From Hemiscyllium ocellatum (taxonomy: Eukaryota): a DNA stretch of 63,647 nt. Shown one piece after another: positions 40,331 through 52,899 of this stretch; the stretch's first letter is position 1; each line of letters starts with the position of its first letter. Under the pieces are notes generated by a model, which saw only the letters and a program-made list of their open reading frames with translations, was not told the DNA's origin and made no database searches. The DNA lies in NCBI RefSeq assembly GCF_020745735.1, contig NW_026869159.1:124001-187647 (forward strand), read 5' to 3'. Both the position numbers and the translations under genes were made by a program.

Positions 40331-40509
40331 GAACAGAGACAGGGTGTAACGTAATTCCAGCAAATCTGAGAGAAATGACAAAGTGAAGTTAACTGTAATT
40401 AATGGCACAGCTCTCTATAGGAGTAGGTGATGTAGTATCTAGTCTAGTAAAATAAATAGCTGGACATTGTGAGTGACAACTTTGGGAAGATATAAAGTAC
40501 GATTTAGAA

Positions 40510-41465
40510 CATCGAACGTCGAACATCGAGAACAGAACAGTGCAACACAATACAGGCCATTGGGCCCTCGATATTGTGCCGAACGTTTATTCTACTCATT
40601 GACCAGACTAATCGACATATCCCTCATTGTACTATCTTCGATGTCCCTATCCAGGAGTCGGTAAAATTTCGGTGAAGTTTCCAATTCTACTACCACTGTT
40701 GGCAGTGCATTCCACGCACCATCGACTCTCTGTGTAAAGAATCTACCCCCTGAAATCTTGTCTAAACCTTCCTCCATTCAACATAAAATTATGCCCACTC
40801 ATGATAGCTACTTCCACCATGGGAAAACGTCTCTGACTATTCATTGTATCTATTATACTCATCCTCTTCTTCACGTCTATCAAGTCATCTCTCATCCTTC
40901 TTTGCTCCATTGAGAAAAGCCCTCGCTCTCTCAAATTTGCTTCATACGAAATGCCCTCCAGACCAGGAAGCATCCTGGTAAGCTTCTTCTGCACTACCTC
41001 TAAGGCTTCCCCATACTTTCTATCATGAGTTAACCATCACTGAGCGCAATATTCCAAGTGTGATCTGACCATGGCTCTATAGAGCTGCAGCATAACCTCG
41101 CGGCCCTTCAACTCAATCCCCTTACTAATGAAAGCCAAAACACAATATAGCTGTTTCACGACCCTTTTGACTTGGGTGGCAGCTTTGAAGGATCTGTGGA
41201 CATGGACTCCAAGATCTCTCTGTTCCTCGATATTGCCAAGAATGCTGCCTTGACCCTGTATTCTGCATTCAAATTCAAACTTGCAAAGTGAATTTCTTGA
41301 TACTTTCCAAGGTTGAACTCCATCTGCCACTTCTCAGCCAAGTTCTGCATGCTTTCAATGTCCCGTTGCAACTTGCAACATTCCTCCAAACTCTCTACCA
41401 TTCCACATCCCTTCTTATCATCGGCAAATTTACTCATCCAGCTTTCCACTTCCGCATTCAAGCAC
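40510..41465 (-). mobile_element. CR1 LINE 3' fragment
   Basis: SKFADDKKGCG..WQMEFN; LYRAMVRSHLEYCAQ; (TTCTA/TGTTC)-type tail near 40510. Confidence 0.9.
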
Positions 41466-41809
41466 ACGTTTTACAGGTCAGTGAACATCGAGTTCAATGT
41501 GCTGTTTCACGCCTTCAGTCTGCATCATTGGTAAAATAAATGTTTGCTCTATATCTGTGGAAGATCGTGGATTCTGTGCTTCCAACCTTTCCACAAACCT
41601 AGTTTTCTCTCTCCATCAACTGAACCGCTGATGATTCATATTTCCATTTCTAAGATCGTCAACTTTATCTCTTCAATTAAGTGTTTGTTTTGAAATTTCA
41701 GATTAGTTCACGTATTTAATTTATTTGTAAGAGTGCTCTTATTATTTGTGTCAACATTTTTGTCCACAGATTTTCGAGACGTCATCAGAACAAGCCGCAG
41801 AGACAGCTA

Positions 41810-43200
41810 GATCTCAAATCTAGGTCTTAAGATCCTTTCCCATCCTTTTCCAGTTTCTGCTGTAGCACCTGATCTGCGGATCCAGACACTCTATACAGTC
41901 AACCCAAGAATTCTTGGACATCATCAGAAATATACACATAGACAAGGAAGAAACCATGGTCTCATTCGATGTAACGGCACTGTTCACCTCGATCGACAAA
42001 ACCCTAGCCAGAGAAACAATATCCAACCTGCTGGACATACAGAACAGACAACAGGACGTTGAACCTATTAACAAAGACGGCATACTTAAATTACTGGACC
42101 TGTACCTCACAACACACTTCACATTCAAAAACCAGATAGACGAACAAATCAACGGAACACCCATGGGCTCACCGATTTCTGGACTGGTAGCAGAAGCAGT
42201 AATGCAAAGGTTAGAACAAACAGTCTTAGCGCAAATGCAACCCAAACCTTTGTAATCATTAAAACACACAGAAATAGAGAACACACACCGGATCATCAAC
42301 GCCACACTCACAGGAATCCGATTCACGAGAGAGGAAAAAAATGGCAACCAGCTCCCATTCCTACATATGATGGTACAGCGAACACCGAGTGGAGAATTCA
42401 GTGGCGTATACAGGAAAGCCACACACACAGACCAAGTCCTGAACTATGAAAGCAACCACCCCAACACACACAAACGAAGTTGCATCAGGACACTATTCAA
42501 AAGGGCCACAACACACTGCAGCACACCAGAACTGCAAAAAGAGGAAGAAGAACACCTATACAAGGTATTCACCAAAAACAGATTCCCGCGCAATTTCATC
42601 AACAGATGCCTAAGGGTAAGACAATGGAACGAGGACATGCCGTAACCCAAAGGACTGGCCACACTACCATACATCAAGAGCATTTCCGAACTGATAGCCA
42701 GACTGCTGCGACCATTAGGACTCATAACAGCACACAAACCAACAGCCACGCTCAGACAACAACTCACCAGGACAAAGGACCCGATACCCAGCATGAGCAA
42801 ACAAACGTAGTGTAAAAAATCCCATGCAAGGACTGTACAAAACACTTCATAGGACAAAAACGAAGACAGCTAACAGACCGCATCCATGAGCACCAAGTAG
42901 GCACGAAACGACACGACCAACTATCCTAACTAGCTGCACACTCAGATGACAAACAACATGAATTCGACTGGGCAACACTACTATTATAGGGCAAGCCAAA
43001 CAGAGAACAGCCAGGGAATTCCTAGAGGCATGGCACTGACCCAATATGCCGGCCACTGCAGCGGACAGCAACTGACAACCGGAAGTGCCAGAGACAAGCC
43101 ACGATAAGTGCCGGACGAAACATCACAGAAGCGCTTCACAGGAGGCTCCCAAGCACTGAGGATGCCACCTAGAAAGAGTAAAAAACGTTCGCAACAAGAA
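41810..43200 (+). mobile_element. Penelope-like element (RT C-half plus GIY-YIG), decayed
   Basis: MVSFDVTALFTSI, QINGTPMGSPISG, VYRKATHTDQVLNYESNHP, KIPCKDC; degenerate hammerhead core at about 43152-43192. Confidence 0.92.
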
Positions 43201-43789
43201 CTCTCAGTTGTTTTAAAATGTCTACAATGTGTTTAACACCCAATGAGCACTGCCAGTGACCATTGACAAACTGCGTGTCTCTACTTTTCAGAACGGAATG
43301 TTGCTCATTGCCGACTCTCTGCTTGCTGGTGATAGTCAATGATCGTGGATGGTCATTTTGCACCTTTGTCCGGACATTGCGTCATTGCTTTGGAATGCCT
43401 TCCCACTACTACTGGCACTGGCCAGAAAGACTGTGATCAAAATTCATTGTAGCAAATACAAATGGCCAGAGCCTTGTTTCGTGCTATGTTCAATTCGTTT
43501 GAGGGAAAAAGAATAATTAAATCTGGAATTAATACTCTAATGAAGTCTATGAACCCATTGCCACTTGCCAGAAAAAAAAAACATCTGAGTCACTAACATA
43601 CTTCAGGGGAGGAAATTGTCATTGTTTTGATAATGGTGAGATCCACTGGAAGCCAAAAACCGAGAATCGGTATCATTGATTTGATTCGCAGTATGCAGAT
43701 AGGAGCTGGACAATTGCAAAAAAAAAAGACGATTCAGAATGATGGAAAAAATTAAGAGTGAAGGAAAGGAATGTGTTCCTTTATTGCCT

Positions 43790-44620
43790 TCTTATTCATG
43801 TATTCATCCAGTTGTTTCTTGAATTCTGCTACTGTCTGCTTCCACCGTCTGCTCGGGCAGCAGCATATTCCCGGCACTCATCACCCTTTGTGCAAAACAC
43901 TTGCCTCGCACAGCTCTCTTAAACCCTCCCCCCTCGCACGTTGAACCTTTGTCCCCTACTAACTAACCCCTCCATCCTGGGAGAAGTCCTCATACTTTCC
44001 ACTCTATCATGCCATTTGCAACATTAAAAAGTCTACCAGGTCGCCCCTCAACCTCCTGCGTTCCATTGAAAATGATCCTAGTACATCCAACCTTTCTTGA
44101 CAGTTAAACTGGTTCCTAACCAGGCAACACTATTGTAAAACTTTTCCCCACTTCGCCGACTTCCTTCTGGTAGTATGATGAACAGAACCGTATCAATATT
44201 TCAAGTGTGGCCTAATTGAAGTTCATAATGCTGCAGCATAACTTTCAGACCTTATATTCTTGTCCATTCAAATGAAGGCAAGCATGTCATAGGCCTTTAC
44301 TTTGCTACCTTATTTATCTGCACTGCCACCTTCAGGGATCTGTGGATGTGCACACCCAGATCGCTCTGCATATCAAAATTTCAACATGTTCTGGCATTCA
44401 CTTCATAATTTTCAGCAGTATTTGACTTACCAAAATGCATCGCCTCACATCTGTCTAGATGAAATTCCATCTGCCTTTTCCCTGCCCAAGCCTCCAACTG
44501 ATCTATATTCTGATATATTCTCGCACTGCCCTCTTTACAATTCGCAACTCTATCAATCTTTGTAAGCTCCTCTGAATTATTTATTAGAACAGCTACGTTT
44601 TCCTTCAAATCATCTTCCTC
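43790..44620 (-). mobile_element. Old CR1 LINE 3' fragment
   Basis: ARIYQNIDQLEAWAGKRQMEFHLDRCEAMHFGKSN. Confidence 0.8.
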
Positions 44621-46620
44621 GCAAACATTTTCACTATAGAAAATGAAAATGTTGACGAGGAAGATACAGAGATACTTACATCTAGACTAGAAGAGATTGA
44701 GGTTCACAAGGAAGAGTTATTAGAAATAATGCAGAGTGTGAAAATAGACAAGTCCCCTGGGCTGGTTGGGATGATTAGATTAGATTAGTTTACTTACAGT
44801 GTGGAAACAGGCCGTTTGGCCCAACAAGTCCACACCGACCCGCCGAAGCGCTACACACCCATACCCCTGCATTTACCCCTTACCTAACACTACGGGCAAT
44901 TTAGTATGGCCAATTCACCTGACCCGCACATCTTTGGACTGTGGGAGGAAACCGGAGCACCCGGAGGAAACCCACGCAGACACGGGGAGAACGTGCAAAC
45001 TCCACACAGTCAGTCGCCTGAGTCGGCAATTGAACCCGGGTCTCAGGCGCTGTGAGACAGCAATGCTAACCACTGTGCCACCGTGCTGCCTAGGATCGAT
45101 TATAGGATCCTCTGGGAAGCAAGGAAAGAGATTGCCGTGTCTTTGGCATTGATCTTCAAAAAATCATTTTCTACAGGAATAGTGCCTGAGGATTGGTGGA
45201 TAGAAAATGTGGTTCCCTTGTTCAAAAAAGGTGGCAGAGACAGCCCTGGTAATTAAAGACGAGTGAGTCTCACTTCAGTTGTTGGTAAAGTGGTGAAAAA
45301 GTTTATAAGAGACAGGATTGACAACCATCCAGAAAGAATAATCGGTTCAGGGACAGTCAGCACGGTTTTGTGAAGGGTAGGTCGTGCCTAACGAATGTTA
45401 TTGAGTTTTTTGACAAAGTGACCAAACAGATAAATGAGTGTAAACCGGTTGATGTGGTGCATATGGATTTCAGCAAGGCATTCGACAAGGTTCCCCACAG
45501 TAGGCTATTATACACAATGCGGAGTAATGAGATTGTGGGAGACATAGCAGTTTGGATCTGTAATTGGCTTGCTGAAAGAAAACAGAGTGTGTAGTTGATG
45601 AAACTTGTTCATCTTAGTGTCCAGTTACTAGCGGAGTACCGCAAGGATCGGTGTTGGGTCCAATGCTGCTCGTCATTTTTATAAATGACCTGGATGAGGG
45701 CTTAGAAGGGTGGGATAGTAAATTTGCGGACGACACTAAGGTCGGTGGAGTTGTGGATAATGACAAAGGATGTAGTAGGTTGCAGAGAAACATACATAGG
45801 ATGCAGAGATGGGCTGAGAGTTGGCAAATGGAGTTTAATGTGGACAGATGTGAGGTGATACACTTGGGCTGGAGTAATCAGAATGTAAAGTACTGGGCTA
45901 ATGGTAAGATTCTTGGGAGTGCAGATGAGCAAAGAGATCTCGGTATCCATATACACAGATCCCTGAAAGTTGCCACCCAGATTGACAGGGTTGTTAAGAA
46001 GGCATACAGTGTTTTAGCCTTTATTAATAGAGGGACTGAGTTCCGGAACCAGGAGGTTATGCTGCAGCTCTACAAAGCTCTGGTGCGGCCACACTTGGAG
46101 TATTGTGTACAGTTCTGGTCACCGCATTATAAGAAGGATGTGGAAGTTTTGGAAAGGGTACAGAGGAGATTTACTAGGATGTTGCCTGGCATGGAAGGAA
46201 TGTCTTACGAGGAAAGGCTGAGGGCCTTGAGGCTGTCCTCGTTAGAGAGAAGAAGGTTGAGAGGTGACTTAATAGAAACACACAAGATAATCAAAGATTA
46301 GATAGGGTGGAGAGGGAGAGCCTTTTTCCAAGTATGGGGACAGCAAAAACGAGGGGACACAACTTTAAAGTAAGGGAAGATAGGTATAAGACAATTGTCA
46401 GAGGTAGTTTCTTTACTCAAAGAGTAGTAAGGGTATGGAATGCTTTGCCTGCATCGGTAGTAGATTCGCCAGGTTTAAGTGCATTTAAGTCATCATTGGC
46501 CAGGCAAGTGGACGTACATGTAATAGTGTAGTTGGGATGGGCTTCAGATTAGTATGACAGGGCGGCGCAACATCGAGGGCAGAAGGGCCTGTATGCGCTG
46601 TAATGTTCTATGTTCTATAT
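44620..46620 (+). mobile_element. CR1 LINE ORF2 3' half with intact 3' end, interrupted by a SINE
   Basis: SCLTNVIEFF..VDVVHMDFSKAFDKVPH; ORF 45651-46301 FINDLDEG..SKFADDTKVGG..LVRPHLEYCVQFWSP; tail gttctatgttcta. Confidence 0.93.
44774..45090 (-). mobile_element. Full-length HE1-like SINE
   Basis: Near-identical to 30979-31286. Confidence 0.9.
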
Positions 46621-46621
46621 A

Positions 46622-49200
46622 TGTAGACCACGATCAGCAAAGGTCCCTGCATTGATCCATGCGGAGCATCACTAGTCACAAACCTCCATTCGGAAAAACA
46701 GCCTTCCCCACTACCATCTGTCTCCTATTACTAAGCCAGTTCTGTGTCCATCTTCCAGCTCATTCTGATGCCGTGTGACTTCAATGTTTGACACCAGTCT
46801 GTCATGAGCGTGTGAGTGAAATATTTTACTTACGTCCCTGTCGACAACATCAACACATTTCTTTCATCAGTCATCTTAATTTCCTCCTCAAATAACTCAA
46901 ACAAGTTAGTGGGGCTAAATCGTCCCTGCACAAAACCGTGCTGTGCATCACTAATAAGTCCAATTGCCTCTGAATACGTACAGATCTTCTCCCTGAGAAT
47001 GTTTTCCAATAATGTCCGTGCCACTGACCTGAGGTTCACAGGCCTGTAATTTCCTGGATTATCCCTGCTACCCTTCTTAAACAACGGGACAACATTAAAC
47101 GTTCTGCACTACTCTGGGACTTCACCTATAGCCAACATGATATAAAAATGTCTGTCAATGCTTCAACAATTTGCTTATTTGCCTCCCTCAAGTTTCTGGC
47201 TTAGATCTGATGAGAACCTGAGGACCTATCTAACTTAATGATATTTTTAAGGCACACAACATGTCTTCCTTTTTAATAGTAACTTGAATTGTAAATTCAG
47301 ACTCCACTAGTTTCTTCTCTTTCGTAAATACCAGCACAAAATGGTAGCTTCAGACCTCACTTACCTTTTCTACTCCACATGTAGATTTACTCCTTTGTCC
47401 TTGAGTGGGCCAACCTTTTCCATGGCTTCCCTCTGGCTTCTTAAAAAATTCTACAAATGCCATGGAATTTTCCTTTATCCTGTTTACTAACGACTTTTCA
47501 TGAGCCCTTTCAGGTTTTCTAATTCCTTGTTTAAGTTCTTTTCTACTTTCCTTGTGACATTCGAGTCACCATCAGTTCCCATCCTGTTAGACCTTATGCA
47601 TGCTTACTTTTTCATTGTGACTAAGGTCATATGATCCCTTACCATGAAAGTTTCATGTAACTTTCCATGTCTCTCCTTCATTCTCGCAGTCACGTTCAAC
47701 TCCTGAAATTGTATTAAGTACCATTTTAAATAATTCCATATATCTGATGTGGATTTACTCATAAACAGTTGCCTCCAGTCAAATTTCTCTATTTCCTGCC
47801 TAGTGTTGCTGTAGTTCACCTTTCCAAAATTTAAAACCTTTACTCGAGGGCTGCTTTTATCCCTGTCCATGAGTATCTTAAAACTCAAGGTATTATGATT
47901 ATTCATCCCACAATGCTCACCTGGCCAGGCTCAATTTCCAAAACCCGATCCAAACTAATCTCTTCCCTGGCTGGACTGTTTGAATGCTGTGTCAAAAAAA
48001 CCTTCTTGAATAGTCTTTACAAATTCTTCCCCATACAAGCCCCAAGCACAATGCGAGTCTCAGTCAATATAAATAAGTCAAAGTCAACCATCACAAAAAC
48101 CTTGCAGATTTTACTTCGTACCAAAACCATTCTACATATTGTCTCTTCTATCTCCCGCTGGCTTTTGGAACCCATACAGATTGCCTCCAGCATGCGATTT
48201 CAGCTTTCTTACTCCTAAGTTCTATCTATATTGTCTTGCTAAACGAGTTCTCTCATGTATTGTCCTTCAGTACAGCTGTCCGATCCTCCTTTACCAGTAA
48301 TGCAATTCCCCCCCATTCCTTTTGCCTCCCCTTCTCTCACACCTGAAGCATTTAATTCCTGGGATATTCAGATGCCCCAGTCCTGTCTCGCTTTCATTCA
48401 GCTCTCTGTAATTGCAATAATGTCACAATTCCAAGTTCTAACCAAATGCCCTAAGTTCATTTATCTTGCCTATTATATTTCTCACATTGGAACATATAGA
48501 TTTCTGATATCTTCCCTGCTCTTTACAGCAGCATTACCCCACCTGTTGTTGTTCGTTATCATATTTGCCATGGTTTGTAAAACTCCCTTAATTTCTCCAG
48601 TTGTTGCTTTACTCTGGTTCGCATTCCCCTGCCACACTAGTTAAAAACCTTCTGAACTCTTCTAACTAAGTTGACCCTCAAGGACATCAATCCTGGACCT
48701 GCCCAGGTGCAACAAGTTCAGTTTTTAAGGTCCCACCAACCCCAGAAGCGATCCCAACTGGCTAATAATCTGATACCCTCTCCTTCACACCATCTTTTCA
48801 GCCAAACGTTCATCATATTTTTCTGCTGTTTCTACTCTGACTAGTTCACGGCAATGTCAGTAATCCTGATGTGATTAACTTTACGTCCTACACTTCAAAT
48901 TTATGCATCATTCTTTGTATTCTATTTTTAGGATCTCATCCCTTTTTACACCTGTGTCTTTAGTACCATCGTTTACCATGACCACTGGCTGTTTTCCCTA
49001 ATCCTCCAGAATGTCCTGCAACTGCTCTGAGACATCCAGGACGTCAGCACCAGAGAGTGAACAAACCATCCTGGACTCTCGTTTGTGGCCACAAAAAGAT
49101 CTATCTGTTTCCCTTACAGTTGAATCTGCGATAATTATAGCATTTCTATGCTTCTTTCTCCCTCACTCTGCAGCAGAGCAAGCCATGGTGCCATGAATTT
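46622..49200 (-). mobile_element. CR1 LINE 5'/middle part (ORF1 esterase, APE endonuclease, RT N-terminus), decayed
   Basis: AIIIADSTVRETDRSFCGHKRESRMVC (SGNH-type ORF1) at about 49000-49140; SDHNTLSF-like at 47900; FKKGSRDNPGNYRPV at 46830-47084. Confidence 0.85.
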
Positions 49201-49439
49201 AACTGCCTCAGAATCGCTTCGTCTCATCTCTGTTTTGATTTACGGCTCCTTATTTTTCAGCTATGACCTTTAAGTTGAGCTCCGCTCCCCTGGAAATTCC
49301 CAAGAGGAGCCTGAAAAAAGATGCCTTCTCATAAATCCATCGCTTGTGTAGTACCATCGATTCGCCAGTAGGTGGTGGCATTGTGTTATTTGTATTATTT
49401 CAACGAGAAGAGAGCAACAGTGAAAGACGCTTTTGGTTA

Positions 49440-49688
49440 ATTCAACCTCTACCCATATTTCTCCCACTGCTTGCAGAAATGAATGCACAGACAGAAAAGC
49501 ACAATGACAGACACACATAGAAACACAACCATACACAGACATCCACCGGAGAGAGAAACAAACAAATTGACAGACAGAACGAGAGATGCACACGCAAGAA
49601 CACGTAGATGGACACAAAAACAGATAGAAAAATAACGGCACACTTGCATGCACACAGATATAATATGCACTGAGCTGCACATTCACGT

Positions 49689-49720
<32 letters not shown>

Positions 49721-49730
49721 GCGCACAAAT
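49440..49730. repeat. Degenerate (CA)n-rich simple repeat
   Basis: Direct reading; pure (CA)n at 49690-49717. Confidence 0.9.
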
Positions 49731-49784
49731 ATTAAGCTTAGCAAGTTAATGAGTGGGACTGGATCATTTCAGTGCTGTATGACC

Positions 49785-50130
49785 TTATGAGTTAGCAGTT
49801 GGGAAGGCAAATGCAGTATCAGCACTCATTTTGAGAAGGCTAGAATGCAAGAGCAGGGGTGTATTCCTGAGGCTGTACATGGCTCTAGTGAGACAACATT
49901 TTGGAATGTTGTGAACACTTTTCGGCCTCATTTCTAAGGAAAGATGTGTTGGCCTTGGAGGGGGTTCAGAGGAGGCTTGCAAGAATGATCCCAGGAAGAA
50001 GCACTTATTATATGAGAGTTGATTGAAGCCTCTGGGTCTCTACTCGAATAAGTTTAGAAGGATGATGGGGAACCTGGTTGAAACTTATAGAATACTTGGA
50101 AACCTGAATAGAGCGAACATGGAAAAGATG
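49785..50130 (+). mobile_element. CR1 LINE 3' fragment
   Basis: gtacatggctctagtgagacaacatttggaatgttgtgaacac.. (LVRPHLEYCxQFW region). Confidence 0.75.
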
Positions 50131-50149
50131 TTTTCACTCCTAGTAACTT

Positions 50150-51510
50150 ACTTGCTGTCTCCACAAAGCTTGTCCACCATCTACAATGCACAAGTCAGGT
50201 TTGTGATTGAATGCTCCTTACGTGTCTGGATGAGTGCAGCCCCAACAATTCTTAGGATTCTCAACACCATCCAGGAGAAATCAACCAGCTTGATTGGCAC
50301 AGCATTCACAAGTACCCATTGCTTCCAACACCGACTCTCCGTGTATATTACCTAAAAGATGCACTGCCAAAGTTTAGCTAAGACCCTCACACAGCACCGT
50401 CGAAACGCATGACCAAATCCATCTGGAAGGAAAAGGGTCAGCTGATGAAAGAGAAGACGACCAAATTCAAGTTCCTGTCCAAGCCACTCACCATCCTGAC
50501 TTGGAAATAGATCTCCATTCCTTCTTTGTCGCTGTATCTGGGTCAGTGTCCTGAAATTCCCTCTGTGGTATTGTGGGTCAATCCACAGCAGATGAACTGC
50601 AGCGGTTCAAGAAGACAGCTCACCACCACCTTCCCAAGGGCAACTAGGAATTGTCAATAAAGGGTGGTCAGTCAATGATGCCCACGTCTGACAAAATCAA
50701 TAATAAAGAAAAGAGTTCCACATCTAAGCATGATGTCCCTCCAGCATGGCAGCATGGCATTCGGCTTATCGAATCTCTGAAGTGCATCACACCCAGATAC
50801 ATTCTAACCCGGCATCTCCAATTGCTAACTTACCTGCTTTATCCAGTTTTGGACTGTGGGAGGATTCAACAGCACCTATAGGATACTCATGCTGAGAGAG
50901 GGAAAATGTGCAAACTTCACGCAGGCTCGTGCCTGAGACTGTAAAGGAACCCAGCTGATTGCTGCTGGGAGACAGCAGTGCTAAACACTGAGCCACCGTG
51001 CCATCATCAGAAGAATGCTTCCTGAGAATTCATGATTCGGTAATGCACCACTCAGAAATTGCTCATTTCCTGGCAATGCAAACATCCTCGCGATCTCGCC
51101 AAGGTACTGTATAGTCACACTCACTGAAATAGTTTGTAACGTCGTCTTCTTTAAGGTTTTTTGAACCATCATCACCATTTCCCTTCCCATTTATTTTTGT
51201 CTCATCTGTAAACGTGACAGTGGTACATTCCCTTCAATCAGGATTTGGCTGGTGCATTGACATGAATCTCTGCTCTTTCACCATTCCCATTCAAATGAGC
51301 GAGACTTTACCACAGTGTGTATTCTTTCTCTTTAACACATTTGCTTAACTTGTGTGTGCGTGGCTGGGAATGCTTACATCTACCTCAAATAGTGTGTGAC
51401 AATGTGGTGTTAGCCGTAAATTTGACGAACTGCAAGGGATCTGATATAGATACAACGGTTATGTATACAATGTGACACAGTAAAGCTAACCAATTCCGCT
51501 TATGATGGAT
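50150..51510. repeat. Direct-repeat cassette copy 1 (old LINE end + old SINE + CR1 RT scrap), upstream of TRAV #1
   Basis: Same stacked order and same SINE/CR1 junction (ccacYgtgccatcatc..gaatg..gaRaattcatga) as 52900-54200. Confidence 0.75.
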
Positions 51511-51774
51511 CTTACAATAAATCTTACAAGGAACAGCAATTTTCGATTTTGCTGCTTCATTCATTGCCAATTTTCCTTGTGGAATAGAGACTTACTCACA
51601 GTGCAGGGCAAACATAGTCTGAAATCGGTGGATGCTGCACATGAATTTGAAATGCAGAGCCTCACATGTTCGCAGTGTTATACGGGGGATGAAGATGCAT
51701 AATTTCTTTAGCATATTGGTGACACGCAATTTGAGAGGGAATTTGAACAATGCAATTACTTATAAACACCACTA

Positions 51775-51975
51775 GATGTCAGTGCGAATCCATGATAAAT
51801 ATCGTGAAAGAGGTCTGGAGGAGGAATGAACTTTCAGACAGTGTGAGCGATGTCAGTATGAGAGGATTGTTACAGTAACATTCACTGAGACTCAGCTTCT
51901 TCTACAACTCAAACAGGGAGGCGTTCAGAGTTTAACAGGAGACGAAAGTTTTTTCTAGTTACTTACTCATATAAA
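51775..51975 (+). promoter_or_regulatory. Candidate V-segment promoter: two CRE-like GATGTCA motifs (51775, 51849) and TATAAA (51970)
   Basis: Motifs read directly, 70-270 nt upstream of ATG 52048; resemblance to the TCR V decamer AGTGAYRTCA is only partial. Confidence 0.3.
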
Positions 51976-52047
51976 TGTTAGAATTAATTGCTGTTTCCTC
52001 AACAAAGCGTCGTGGACAATTGTTTTCACCACTGTTCTTGCAATCTG

Positions 52048-52384
52048 ATGATGTTTCGAATTTGCAGTCTCCTCCTGCTGTTTTCCAAAGTGATCTCCAA
52101 GGAGGGAATTGGAGAAGGCGAAGTGAAGAAACATCCTCTGTGGATGGTTGTTACTGAAGTGGGAATTGTGTCCATGAATTGCTCCTTTGCCACTTCATTT
52201 AACACAGTGCGTTGGTACAGACAGCTCCCGAATCAGCCACCCCAGCATTTGGTGATGGCCAAAAGGGAAGATACTTCATCCGAGAGAATTACGGCTTCAA
52301 TCAATGGAGACTACAAGACCAGTATCCTGACAATGAAAGACGCCAGACTTAATGACTCCGCCATCTACCTCTGTGCAATGAGGG
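52048..52384 (+). CDS. TRAV: T-cell receptor alpha(/delta) variable segment #1; leader and V in one continuous exon
   Basis: MMFRICSLLLLFSKVISKEGIGE-GEVKKHPLWMVVTEVGIVSMNC..VRWYRQ..ILTMKDARLNDSAIYLCAMR; conserved C23, W41, C104; immediately followed by a 23-RSS. Confidence 0.92.
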
Positions 52385-52423
52385 CACAGTGTCACAAAGA
52401 GAGGGCGAGGCTTTACTAAAACT
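52385..52423 (+). promoter_or_regulatory. 23-bp-spacer recombination signal sequence
   Basis: CACAGTG (52385-91) + 23 nt + ACTAAAACT (52415-23). Confidence 0.93.
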
Positions 52424-52899
52424 CGTATAGAGTGGGGAGTCCTGTTTTGCTGAACTTGAAGAATCAGTGTTACTACTTCTGTACTCCAAAATGAGAGACA
52501 ATGGAAATGGGAGTAAACTGCAGGGGAAAGTATGGAACAGCAAAATTTAAAGATTGTCAGAAGTGATAGCAATCGGATATGGGGATGGAGGTGAAGTAAG
52601 GATATATTTGCAAGTCAGAAACATTAATAGAGAAAAGGGACGGTAGAGATAAAGTCGTAATACTCTCAGAGGGCAGAATGGTGAGAAACTGTTGAAGACG
52701 AATTTGAAGAATGTGAAAAGTAATGAGCTTGATGCACAGAGAATAAAGATCAGGTTAAATCAGAATTGTAGTAAACTTGAAGGAAATATGTTGTTAGCAT
52801 CACTGAATTCCCCACTGTCAAAATAGTGGAGGCTTTAATGACCAAAGCCTGAACTGGATCCAACAAATTAGCACAATGTTTACAAGAGCAGGTCAGAGA

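Noticed and set aside
51010-51330. Thrice-repeated ~320-bp block that looked like a decayed Ig domain (GMYHC)
   Set aside because: Another frame reads FTDETKINGK..., i.e. a CR1 RT FADDTK fragment.
20830-51603. Perfect CACAGTG heptamers at 20830, 37867, 51311 and 51597
   Set aside because: No nonamer at 12 or 23 bp and no V/D/J coding sequence attached.
51988-52047. N-terminal extension of the V #1 ORF in the ORF track
   Set aside because: Begins at TTG; the first ATG with a signal peptide is 52048. The tail after 52384 is translated RSS.
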